A stretch of DNA of 64,000 nucleotides, taken from the NCBI GenBank assembly GCA_964513145.1, contig CAZELK010000001.1:96001-160000 (forward strand), given 5' to 3'. The stretch's first letter is position 1. Every line of letters starts with the position of its first letter. Below the pieces are notes generated by a model, which saw nothing but the letters and a program-made list of their open reading frames with translations, made no database searches and was not told where the DNA came from. Below, in pieces: positions 47,225 through 56,279 of this stretch. A program made the translations under genes and the position numbers. Source of the DNA: Candidatus Woesearchaeota archaeon (lineage in GTDB: Archaea; Nanobdellota; Nanobdellia; SCGC-AAA011-G17; JACPIM01).

Positions 47225-47926
47225 TTATCTTACTGTTTTAGTAATATATTTGTCAATAATTTTAATTTCTTTTACTTCAATATAGCCATTATAGTCTCCT
47301 TCCATAACTTTGTCAAAAGAAACTAGCTCTAATCTCTTTGGAAAAAATGGTCCATCACATACTAATGTGTTATAAGGTCCACCCTCTCCTCCAACATGAA
47401 ATCCATATTTTTTTGATGTATTTATAAATTCATTTAAATTTTGTTCATTTAATTGTTTCCCTAACCAGTCTTTTCCAAGCCCGTCAGCAGCCACTTCAGT
47501 TATTCTTATATCATATCCCTTGCTGATCATTTCTTTCATCAGGCTTAAATGATCATACCCTGTATGACTTGCAAAAACATCAATGCCTAATGAAAATAAT
47601 GCATCTCGAATGCTTTTTATCTGGGTTTCTTGTAAACCAATTCCGCCCAAAATAACAGAATCAACAGGATTTGTTTCTACAATTTTCTTGACTATATCTG
47701 CTTCTTTAACAGGATCTGCTTCAGTGCAAGTAGTATAAACTTGTTTTATTCCAAGGAATTCTGCAATCTTTTTGGTTAATTCTACAGTTGCAAAGTGAAA
47801 TAAATAACAGTCAGTCCTGTTTGGCTTCACAGAAATTAAATATTTGATATTCCACTTTTTTTCTAAGGCATATTCTATGGCAAAGGTACTATCCTTTCCA
47901 CCACTATAAAGTATAGCTACATCCAT
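47225..47926 (-). CDS. dph6: Diphthine--ammonia ligase
   Basis: YSGGKDS, GEGG.Y.TLV.DGP.F. Confidence 0.88.
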   Translation of the reverse strand: MDVAILYSGGKDSTFAIEYALEKKWNIKYLISVKPNRTDCYLFHFATVELTKKIAEFLGIKQVYTTCTEADPVKEADIVKKIVETNPVDSVILGGIGLQETQIKSIRDALFSLGIDVFASHTGYDHLSLMKEMISKGYDIRITEVAADGLGKDWLGKQLNEQNLNEFINTSKKYGFHVGGEGGPYNTLVCDGPFFPKRLELVSFDKVMEGDYNGYIEVKEIKIIDKYITKTVR

Positions 47927-48070
47927 ACTCTCAAACAGAGTTCTTTTAATATATAAATATTGGGATATTTGATTTGACTCCAGAAAGCCTTAGAACACTA
48001 TAAGAGCAGCATTTGTAAAAGTTTTTATACAAAAATTTATAAATAAAATCAGCCTTTTTATAACTGTCAG

Positions 48071-49105
48071 ATGGAAAAAACCGGAATAAAAAACCATTCA
48101 AAGTATTTTTTTATTGCTTCTTTTGCTGTGTTAATTATACTGTCAATAACATTAATTTCCCCGTTTTTTACAACAATTTTGGGGAGCGTAATTATAACAT
48201 ATATTTTTTACCCAGTATATAAAAAATTATTTATATGGACAAAAAGCAAAAATATTTCTTCTCTGATAATGTCTTTTTTAATTTTATTATTATTAATTAT
48301 ACCCGCCTTTATAATTGCAAATGCTGTTTTAAAAGAGTCAGTTGGTTTATTTTATAATATAAGGAATATTAATGCACAAATAGAATCATGGAGCAATGCA
48401 TTTTTAATAGATTTTTTTGATAATATTGAAATAGCAAATTACATAAAAGATGCATTGAATAAATTTTCTATAGCTCTTCTTAATCAAACAGATGATTTTA
48501 TAGTTAACTTGCCTGCGAAAATTGTAAACTTCTTCGTGATGTTTTTTATTATATTTTATTTGTTTAAAGATGGAGAAACATTTGTTGAAAAAATAAAGCA
48601 CGAGTTGCCGTTAAAGGAAAAATACAAGCAAAGTCTGATTAAAAAGATATCAGATACATTATATGCTACAGTTTACGGAGTATTGGGGGCAGCTTTTGTT
48701 CAAAGTATTGTTGCAATAATTGGCTTTTATATATTCAAGGTTGATTCTCCTTTATTTTTTGGATTTTTATTATTCATAGCAGCAATAGTTCCATTTTTTG
48801 GTTCTGCATTAGTATGGCTCCCAATTGTAATCTTCAAGTTGGTCTCAGGTGATAATTTTAATGGAATTGGTCTATTAATTTACAGTCTTCTTATAATAGC
48901 ATTTGTAGACAATATAATAAAAGTAAAAATAATTGAAAGAGGCGCTAAACTTCATCCAATTTTATCTTTATTGGGTGTTCTTGGGGGATTGCAGATTTTT
49001 GGTCTTCTTGGAGTTATTATTGGTCCGCTTAGTCTTGCTTTAATGCTGGCTTTTTTCGAGTTCTATTTAATTGAAAAAAAAGAAGCCACATTTATATTCA
49101 AGTGA
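48071..49105 (+). CDS. AI-2E family transporter
   Basis: IPFFGSALVW, DNIIK, LGG...FG..G..IGP. Confidence 0.88.
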   Translation: MEKTGIKNHSKYFFIASFAVLIILSITLISPFFTTILGSVIITYIFYPVYKKLFIWTKSKNISSLIMSFLILLLLIIPAFIIANAVLKESVGLFYNIRNINAQIESWSNAFLIDFFDNIEIANYIKDALNKFSIALLNQTDDFIVNLPAKIVNFFVMFFIIFYLFKDGETFVEKIKHELPLKEKYKQSLIKKISDTLYATVYGVLGAAFVQSIVAIIGFYIFKVDSPLFFGFLLFIAAIVPFFGSALVWLPIVIFKLVSGDNFNGIGLLIYSLLIIAFVDNIIKVKIIERGAKLHPILSLLGVLGGLQIFGLLGVIIGPLSLALMLAFFEFYLIEKKEATFIFK

Positions 49106-49144
49106 ATCAAAAAATTAATAAAAGGACATTCATAGCTTAATTTT

Positions 49145-49675
49145 ATGCAGATTAAATCTCTTTTAATATTATTGTTGCTGTTCATTAGCATAGTAAATGC
49201 TGGTGAGACTTTTAATTTGGATTTAAAAAAAAGTCCTACTTATTTAATCGGAGTGCAAGAAGGAGATAGAGTAGAATTTGAATTAAATAATTCCAAGCAT
49301 ACCCTTATAGTCGAGAGTATAACTGAAAGCCAAGTTAATCTCGGTGTGTTTACTTATATAAATATTAACAATGAAAATGCGCCTTATTATTCCGGAATAT
49401 CTAAAGATAAATTTTTAAAATTAGACGTTGATAGAAATCAAAAGCCGGACTTATTTGTTATTTATGATAAGTCAAATAAAACTGCTGCAGTATTAAGGTT
49501 TCAGTTGCCTGTTTTGGTAAATAAAGATTTGGAAGTTCTTCCTCAAAGTAATTTTAAAGATAAAAATTATCTGATTTACATTTTTGTTGCTATCTTTGTT
49601 TTATTATTAGTTTTATATTTTGTATTAAAAGGTAAAAGAAAAGAAGAGAACACAGAAGCAAAATCAAATTTCTAG
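49145..49675 (+). CDS. Secreted protein with C-terminal TM anchor
   Basis: Signal peptide; TM followed by KGKRK. Confidence 0.6.
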   Translation: MQIKSLLILLLLFISIVNAGETFNLDLKKSPTYLIGVQEGDRVEFELNNSKHTLIVESITESQVNLGVFTYININNENAPYYSGISKDKFLKLDVDRNQKPDLFVIYDKSNKTAAVLRFQLPVLVNKDLEVLPQSNFKDKNYLIYIFVAIFVLLLVLYFVLKGKRKEENTEAKSNF

Positions 49676-49719
49676 CATACAAAAGAATTAAAAATAAGCT
49701 AAATTCATATTTTTAATAA

Positions 49720-49846
49720 GGGCCCGTAGCTTAGCCTGGTTAGAGCATTGAAACTTCAAAGAAGTTATGTAGGTCTTATATGGCGACTCTAACAACAAGT
49801 CAATTAGGAAAGCCAAAGGTCGTCGGTTCAAATCCGATCGGGCCCA
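49720..49846 (+). tRNA. tRNA-Ile(TAT) with two introns (29/30: 49751-49772; 37/38: 49781-49810)
   Basis: GGGCCCG/CGGGCCC-A; spliced anticodon arm TTGGT-CTTATAA-GCCAA; BHB helices GCAT/ATGT and CTTA/TAGG. Confidence 0.88.
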
Positions 49847-50280
49847 TTATTTATACCATTTAATAATCTTATAAGTCCGTTTATGCCGTCTCTTTCAGTT
49901 TCATCCCATGCTTTTTTTTCCAAAGATTTGAAAAAATATTGTCCATCTAATTTAAGTTTGCTCATTAATTCTCTGAAATTTTTTAATGTAAAATCGCCAT
50001 GATAATATTCGCCTTTATTGTCAAATAAGAAAAATCTCTTATCTCTGTCAAAATAGATTAAATCAACCTTGACATCCACTTTCTCTTTATTTTTTTCCTT
50101 AATCACTCTTTTCTTAATTAATAAATAAAGAGGCACCTCAGTAAAAAATATATTGCCTATTGAGCATTTAAGTATTCTTGCACATTGAGAATTTGGTCCA
50201 GAAAGATTGTATTTTTTTAAGCAATCAGTATATTCATTTTTCAGTTCATTTTTAACATCTGTCCAATACAAATAAGCCAT
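49828..50280 (-). CDS. Hypothetical protein; stop codon lies inside the tRNA-Ile T arm
   Basis: 150-aa ORF ending GPDRI* antisense to the tRNA 3' end. Confidence 0.55.
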   Translation of the reverse strand: MAYLYWTDVKNELKNEYTDCLKKYNLSGPNSQCARILKCSIGNIFFTEVPLYLLIKKRVIKEKNKEKVDVKVDLIYFDRDKRFFLFDNKGEYYHGDFTLKNFRELMSKLKLDGQYFFKSLEKKAWDETERDGINGLIRLLNGINNGPDRI

Positions 50281-50325
50281 AAAAATAATTTAAAGAAAAA
50301 ATATAAAAATCTTGCTATTTTAAAG

Positions 50326-51216
50326 TCAAGTATTAATAGAAAATTTTTCATTATTTAAAGAACCTTCTGATATTCCCAGACCAATATAATAGCTGTATTT
50401 GCTAAAATACTTGTCTAAAGAACTAAAAAAACCTTTTTTTGATGCGAATGTAACTATCTTTGCTTCTGTTATATTTGCCATCTTTTTAGTTAAGTCTATT
50501 GCTGTTTCTTTATTCCCCAAATGATCTATTAACCCGATTTCTTTTGCTTCCACACCCAGGAAAAATTCACCATTGCTATATTTGCTTAAATCTTTCTTTC
50601 TGTTCTTGCTTACTTCTTTGCTGAACATGTCATGAATAATATTTAATTTTTTAAGTAAAAGCTGCCTTTCTTCTTCTGTTAATGTTTTGTAAGGGCTTCC
50701 CAAGTCTTTGTATTTTCCAGTAACCAGTCTTTCATATTTAACCCCATATTTGTTCATTAATCCTTCAAATTCCAAATAAGATCCAATTACGCCTATGCTC
50801 CCAGTTATAGATAATGGGTCTGCTATAATTGCATCTGAAGAAGAAGCCACCCAATAAGCCCCGCTTGCCCCAATTCCTTTAATTAAAGAAACTATTGGTT
50901 TGTTGAAATTTTTTACAGCATCTGAAACTTCCTTGCTTCCAATAGCTGTCCCTCCTGGACTGTTTATTTCTAAAATTACTCCCTTGATTTTTTCATCTTC
51001 ATTTGCTAATTTAAGATAATTTATTACATCACCTGAATTTGTTACTTCATCATTCAAAAAATTATTCCCACCATTTGAAACAATTACTCCATTAATTGGA
51101 ATAAGCACAATCTTGTCATTAAAATCAACATTATTAAAATTATTAGCCAATAAATAACTAAAAATAAAAAATACGCTAAGCATAATTACGATTTTTAAAA
51201 TTTTATATCTCGCCAT
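50326..51216 (-). CDS. sppA: Signal peptide peptidase (S49)
   Basis: INSPGG, ASGAYWVAS, TGSIGV, GKYKD. Confidence 0.92.
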   Translation of the reverse strand: MARYKILKIVIMLSVFFIFSYLLANNFNNVDFNDKIVLIPINGVIVSNGGNNFLNDEVTNSGDVINYLKLANEDEKIKGVILEINSPGGTAIGSKEVSDAVKNFNKPIVSLIKGIGASGAYWVASSSDAIIADPLSITGSIGVIGSYLEFEGLMNKYGVKYERLVTGKYKDLGSPYKTLTEEERQLLLKKLNIIHDMFSKEVSKNRKKDLSKYSNGEFFLGVEAKEIGLIDHLGNKETAIDLTKKMANITEAKIVTFASKKGFFSSLDKYFSKYSYYIGLGISEGSLNNEKFSINT

Positions 51217-51637
51217 CTACAACCTCTGTTCTGCTTATTTTTTCAAAATATCTTTGATAATCCTTGTTAAATAAAACTTTTAATGAATCAAAGAAAAGCA
51301 AAATTAATGAAGTTTTAGTCATATTCCTTACAAAACATTGCCATAATTTAAGTTCTTCTTTGTCCTTGCTTCTTATATAAATATTGAAAAAAGCCTTTCC
51401 AGCACTTTGTTTTAAAAAATAATCAAATACAGTCCAGTAAAGTAAAGTTAAAATTATTATAATCAAGCTAACTTTAATTATCCCTGTGTTATTTTCCAAA
51501 GAAAAATCTTTTAGATTATTGAAAAATTTATTAAACTGAAAAACAATTATAATATTTATCAGCATATAATCAATAAGAAAAGCCATAACTCTTTTCCATA
51601 ATTTTACAGGAGCAACTATTTTATTTAGTTTCATCAT
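51203..51637 (-). CDS. RDD family protein
   Basis: WKRVMAFLID, QSAGK, RN. Confidence 0.8.
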   Translation of the reverse strand: MMKLNKIVAPVKLWKRVMAFLIDYMLINIIIVFQFNKFFNNLKDFSLENNTGIIKVSLIIIILTLLYWTVFDYFLKQSAGKAFFNIYIRSKDKEELKLWQCFVRNMTKTSLILLFFDSLKVLFNKDYQRYFEKISRTEVVDGEI

Positions 51638-51673
51638 ATAAACTGAAAATAATACAGGTTATAAAACTTGCTT

Positions 51674-51688
51674 TCGAAAACTCTTCGG
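51674..51688. promoter_or_regulatory. Palindromic operator-like motif, 18 nt upstream of TATAAA (51707)
   Basis: TCGAAAACTCTTCGG. Confidence 0.65.
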
Positions 51689-51735
51689 AATTATTAGCAC
51701 AAACAATATAAACAAAAAAACACAAAAGGTTTCTT

Positions 51736-52107
51736 ATGATATATATGTATATATTCTGGTTGTTGGTTGTTGCAGGCGCAGTATATTTTGTCTGTAGTAA
51801 TAGTCAGAAAAAAGAAAATAATATTTTTATGATCCTGATATTAGCCTCTGCCTTTTTATTTGTAGCAATAGTCTCAAAAGATCCAATTTTTTCAGCATTT
51901 GGCGTGCCTGTTGAGTTTGAATGGGTGGTTGGGATATTTATCACAAGTTTCACATCATGGAAACTTTATTTTGCACCGCTTAAAGAAAGAGTGGTGTCAA
52001 CAGAAAAAGAGATCATAACAATAAAGTCTAACTTAGAGTCAATAAAAAACAGCCTGGCAATGATTGATTCAGATATTGGTCTGTTAAAAGATCGTTTACT
52101 TAAGTAA
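51736..52107 (+). CDS. Three-TM membrane protein with C-terminal coiled coil
   Basis: Hydrophobic segments then heptad tail. Confidence 0.65.
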   Translation: MIYMYIFWLLVVAGAVYFVCSNSQKKENNIFMILILASAFLFVAIVSKDPIFSAFGVPVEFEWVVGIFITSFTSWKLYFAPLKERVVSTEKEIITIKSNLESIKNSLAMIDSDIGLLKDRLLK

Positions 52108-52542
52108 TTCTAATATTTCTTTGCTATGTGCAGATGCATTAACATCGTGAAAAATTTTCATTATTTTCCCATTTTCATCAATTAAAAAAGTAGATCTTTT
52201 TATTTTCTTTCTAAGCCCTAAAAAAGATTTTAGAACACAATATTTTCTTGCTGCACTATAATCTTTGTCAGATAATAACATGAAAGGCAGATGAAATTTT
52301 TCTTTGAAAGAAACATGCGATATTTCGCTGTCTGCACTAACTCCAATAATTATTGCATTCTTATTTCTGATCTCTTTGTAGTCGTCTCTAAATCCACAAG
52401 CTTCTTTTGTGCATCCGGGAGTATCATCCCTTGGGTAAAAATAAAGAACTATTTTTTTCCCTGAAAATTCTGATAAACTATGAAAATTTCCATTAGTGCA
52501 TTTTAAGGCAAAATTCGGTGCATAGTATCCTTCTTTTAGCAT
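52096..52542 (-). CDS. bcp: Peroxiredoxin, BCP family
   Basis: FYPRDDTPGCTKEAC, RSTFLID. Confidence 0.93.
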   Translation of the reverse strand: MLKEGYYAPNFALKCTNGNFHSLSEFSGKKIVLYFYPRDDTPGCTKEACGFRDDYKEIRNKNAIIIGVSADSEISHVSFKEKFHLPFMLLSDKDYSAARKYCVLKSFLGLRKKIKRSTFLIDENGKIMKIFHDVNASAHSKEILELLK

Positions 52543-52590
52543 TCTAAAATTAACTCATAAATAGTTTTTAAATTTTTCCGTATTTTAAAG

Positions 52591-54312
52591 ATGCCCAAAA
52601 AGATTATAAAACAAGATTTTAATTTAGCTAAAATGTATCAAGCATTTATTGATGAAATAAGAGAGAATTTGCCAAAAATAAAAACTAAGAAAGAATTGGA
52701 CAAATTAAAATTATGGTTATCTAGAAAATATAAGCTGAATAAAAATCTAAGCAATATTGATTTATTGTCAAATATAAAAGACCCAAATTTTAAAATCCTG
52801 TTAACAAAACCAATAAGGACAATTTCAGGTGTCACCCCAATATCTATAATGTCAAAACCAGCAAATTGCCCTTCTCAGGCAAAATGCATTTACTGTCCTG
52901 GCGGCATTAATTCTGTATTTGGAAATACCCCAAAAAGTTACCCAGGAAACTCCCCTGGAATAATCAGGGCAATAAGAAATGATTACGATCCATATTTACA
53001 AGTATTCAATAGATTAGAGCATTATGTTTTATTAAATCAGGATATAACAAAAGTTGAATTTATTGTAATGGGTTCAACATTTTTATTTTTTGATAAAAAC
53101 TATAAAGAAGATTTTATTAAATTCTCATTAAAAGCATTAAATGATTTTTCTGATATGTTTGTAAAGGACAATAAAATAGATTTTGAGAAATTTACAAATT
53201 TCTACGAACTTCCTGCATCAATAAAAGATAATGAGAGGATAAAAAGAATAAAAGAAAAATTGCTAAAACTAAAATTAAATACAACTTTGGGAAATGAGCA
53301 GTTAAAAAATGAAACATCTTATTCAAGATGTGTTGCAATGTGCCTGGAGACAAGGCCAGATTATTGTTTTGAAGATCATATTTCAGAGATGCTTGATTAT
53401 GGCACAACAAGAGTTGAAATAGGTGTTCAAACGCTGTCAGATGAAATTCACAAGATAATAAAAAGAGGGCATACAAACCGGGATTCAATAAAAGCGACAC
53501 AATTGTTAAAAGATTCTTTCTTGAAAGTTACCTATCATAATATGCTAAATCTCCCTGGATCAACAATTGAAAATGACAAATATGAATTAAAAGAAATTTT
53601 TGAAAATCCGGATTATAAGCCAGACTCATTAAAAATTTATCCATGTTTGGTATTCAAAGGAACTGAATTATATGAGCAATGGAAACAAGGAAAACATAAA
53701 GAATTTACAATAGAAGAAATAATTGATATAATTGTAGAATCGAAAAAATACATTCCAAAATATTGCAGAATAATGAGAATTAACAGGGACATTCCGACTT
53801 TTATGTCTGAAGCAGGGGTTAGAAAAACAAATTTAAGACAGTATGTAGAACAAGAGTTAAGAAAAAGAGGGATAAACTGTAATTGTATTAGATGTAAAGA
53901 ACCAAAACTAAATAAAATTTCTTGGAAAGATGTTAAATTACAAAGATTAGATTATGAAGCTTCAAAAGGTCATGAAATATTTTTATCATACGAAGATATA
54001 AAACAAGATTTGTTATTAGGTTTTGCAAGATTAAGAATTCCTTATAAACCATTTAGAAAAGAAATAACAGACAAATCAGCAGGAATAAGGGAGCTTCATG
54101 TTTATGGTGAAGCAATTAAAATAGGAGATAAAGGAAATATTCAGCATAAAGGCTTAGGAATAAACTTAATGCAGGAAGCAGAAAAAATTGCCAGAGAAGA
54201 ATATAATATTAAAAAAATGTTAGTGATTTCTGGAATAGGTGTTAAAAATTATTATATAAATAAATTGGGTTATAAAAAAGATGGAATTTATGTAAGCAAA
54301 ATATTAAAGTAG
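52591..54312 (+). CDS. elp3: tRNA uridine(34) acetyltransferase Elp3 (radical SAM + KAT)
   Basis: CPSQAKCIYCPGG, ETRPD, LKIYP, RINRDIP, RELHVYG, QHKG.G..L. Confidence 0.93.
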   Translation: MPKKIIKQDFNLAKMYQAFIDEIRENLPKIKTKKELDKLKLWLSRKYKLNKNLSNIDLLSNIKDPNFKILLTKPIRTISGVTPISIMSKPANCPSQAKCIYCPGGINSVFGNTPKSYPGNSPGIIRAIRNDYDPYLQVFNRLEHYVLLNQDITKVEFIVMGSTFLFFDKNYKEDFIKFSLKALNDFSDMFVKDNKIDFEKFTNFYELPASIKDNERIKRIKEKLLKLKLNTTLGNEQLKNETSYSRCVAMCLETRPDYCFEDHISEMLDYGTTRVEIGVQTLSDEIHKIIKRGHTNRDSIKATQLLKDSFLKVTYHNMLNLPGSTIENDKYELKEIFENPDYKPDSLKIYPCLVFKGTELYEQWKQGKHKEFTIEEIIDIIVESKKYIPKYCRIMRINRDIPTFMSEAGVRKTNLRQYVEQELRKRGINCNCIRCKEPKLNKISWKDVKLQRLDYEASKGHEIFLSYEDIKQDLLLGFARLRIPYKPFRKEITDKSAGIRELHVYGEAIKIGDKGNIQHKGLGINLMQEAEKIAREEYNIKKMLVISGIGVKNYYINKLGYKKDGIYVSKILK

Positions 54313-54313
54313 A

Positions 54314-55213
54314 TTATTTTTTTCTGTAAATTCTAAAACCATAAAATGCCGCAAGAAATAATATTACTATAGCTGCATTAAAATTTGAAAAAAAGGGGAA
54401 TGGAACACTTTTTTCATAGCATTTAACTTGATTACTTAAAGGCTTGACAAGACCGCAACCATTTGGAACTTCAGGGCAATCAATGCTTTTAAATCCGTTT
54501 ATGCATTCACCCATAGTGCACTTCCATCCAGCACAAGAAGAACTATATTCAGAGCATTGTGTTGAATCTTGTGCATCTTCATTTCCATTAGCACAGTCTA
54601 AGCTTTCATCAGAACAACCATCTCCATCATTGTCTTGGGCATCATTGCATGAATTAACATTTGAACCTGCAGGATCAATATCCAATAAATTTGACTCACC
54701 AGTCGGATTTATTCTAACCTTGAATTTAAAAGTTGAAATGTCTGGATCTGATCCTAATTGCGGAGTTATTTTAGCATAAGCTTTGTTATTACTAATTACT
54801 TTTGTTGCAAAAGATTGTTGAATTAAAACTTCTTGATCAGGAAGCAAAGTTCTTTTCCTTATTCCATAAATATCAAAATTAGCATCCTTGTTATTGCAGT
54901 TAGAAGTTTCAACATACATGTAAATAGACTGCCCTTCATTAACTCTTGTCACCCTATCATTTCCACCAGAATCTGTGCTCCAATAAACATTATTATTTCC
55001 TGATAAATCTTTTTTTATAGTACAACAGTCAGGATCTTCAATATAGCAAGTTTCATCTGGTGGAAAATAGTCATTAGGACATATTCCATCAGAAACACCG
55101 CAATCTCTATTTATGTTGCAAATACTTATCCCATCGTTTGTTTGTGAATAAGCTAAAGATAAATTAATTAAAATTAAAAAAAAGACTAAAATACCTACAA
55201 CCCTCTTTTTCAT
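54314..55213 (-). CDS. Cys-rich surface protein with DxDxDG motif and C-terminal VPF-TM-basic tail
   Basis: Signal peptide; DNDGDG; VPFPFFS + TM + YRKK. Confidence 0.6.
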   Translation of the reverse strand: MKKRVVGILVFFLILINLSLAYSQTNDGISICNINRDCGVSDGICPNDYFPPDETCYIEDPDCCTIKKDLSGNNNVYWSTDSGGNDRVTRVNEGQSIYMYVETSNCNNKDANFDIYGIRKRTLLPDQEVLIQQSFATKVISNNKAYAKITPQLGSDPDISTFKFKVRINPTGESNLLDIDPAGSNVNSCNDAQDNDGDGCSDESLDCANGNEDAQDSTQCSEYSSSCAGWKCTMGECINGFKSIDCPEVPNGCGLVKPLSNQVKCYEKSVPFPFFSNFNAAIVILFLAAFYGFRIYRKK

Positions 55214-55249
55214 AAGCTAATAAACTATCTTTTCAATATAAAAATATTT

Positions 55250-55666
55250 CTATTCTTCCAGTGTTTTAACATTGATTTGTATTTTGTTTCCTTCTATTAG
55301 CTTATATTCTATTCCTTCAAAAAAAGTATCCTTTTCTTCAGCATCTCCTGAGAATTTAGTAATTTGTTTTTCTAGTTTGCATATGCTAATTAAATTACCA
55401 TATTTGTCAGCCTTGGGAACATACCATATGCGGTCATTAATTTCCATTAAATGAATATCATATTTGCGTGAATTCTCATTTCCAATTCTTCTCTTGATAA
55501 CTTTAACCCCTTGTGTTGTATAGTCTGGGCTTTTATTAACCATTGCAATTACATCCTTGGCAAAATACCCGATCGCAATTCCAAGCAAAGCAGATGCTGC
55601 AATTTTTCCTGTTTTCTGCAGGCATTTTTCTAAAATATATTCTCCAACTTTAGTTTCATCTATCAT
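55250..55666 (-). CDS. Hypothetical protein
   Basis: N-terminal hydrophobic helix. Confidence 0.55.
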   Translation of the reverse strand: MIDETKVGEYILEKCLQKTGKIAASALLGIAIGYFAKDVIAMVNKSPDYTTQGVKVIKRRIGNENSRKYDIHLMEINDRIWYVPKADKYGNLISICKLEKQITKFSGDAEEKDTFFEGIEYKLIEGNKIQINVKTLEE

Positions 55667-56121
55667 TTTTCCTCCTGATTAATATTTAAGAAAGCCTCTC
55701 TTTTTATTTCCCCGACAATGTACAAAACATCATTTTTTATTAAATTAAATTCATTCTCTAAGCAATCAATAAATTCTTGTAGTTCCTGCATGTCTTTAAA
55801 AATTCCTTCAACAAAAAAATCATAGTTATTGCTTGTCTTGAAAATAGTATTCAGGCATTCCTTGTTAATTAGAAATTCTTTTAGTCTGTCTTTCTCTTCT
55901 TTATTGGTCTTTATCAATATGCAGACATCGAAATCATAGCCTAATTTGCTGAAATTAAGCAGGCAGCTGTGCTTTTTTATAATAAAATTATCCTCATAGC
56001 CCCTTATTTTATCAAAAATAGTGCTTATGGGTATTTTTGTTTTTTTAGAAATATTGGTTAATTTTTCTCTCCCATTATTTCTTAAATTTGATAAAATTAA
56101 AATTTCTTTTTTACTTACCAT
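55663..56121 (-). CDS. Lrp/AsnC family transcriptional regulator
   Basis: IL..L..NGR...T.IS......ST...I; L.FSKLGY; RAM domain. Confidence 0.88.
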   Translation of the reverse strand: MVSKKEILILSNLRNNGREKLTNISKKTKIPISTIFDKIRGYEDNFIIKKHSCLLNFSKLGYDFDVCILIKTNKEEKDRLKEFLINKECLNTIFKTSNNYDFFVEGIFKDMQELQEFIDCLENEFNLIKNDVLYIVGEIKREAFLNINQEEK

Positions 56122-56279
56122 AAATATGCCTCCATTTTAAATTCAATAAAAGTAGAAATCCAATATATATTTGCTCAATATATTATAATAATTGATTATA
56201 ATATTATAATTTTTGCAAAGAGTTTATATATTAAGGGAGTAGTATTTTTTAGTTAAGTTTTTTCGCTAAAAAGGTTAAA

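Noticed and set aside
56161-56215. AT palindromes (ATTATAATATTATAAT) between the Lrp and PhoU genes as an Lrp operator
   Set aside because: Pure A/T palindromes are expected at this composition; plausible but unsupported.
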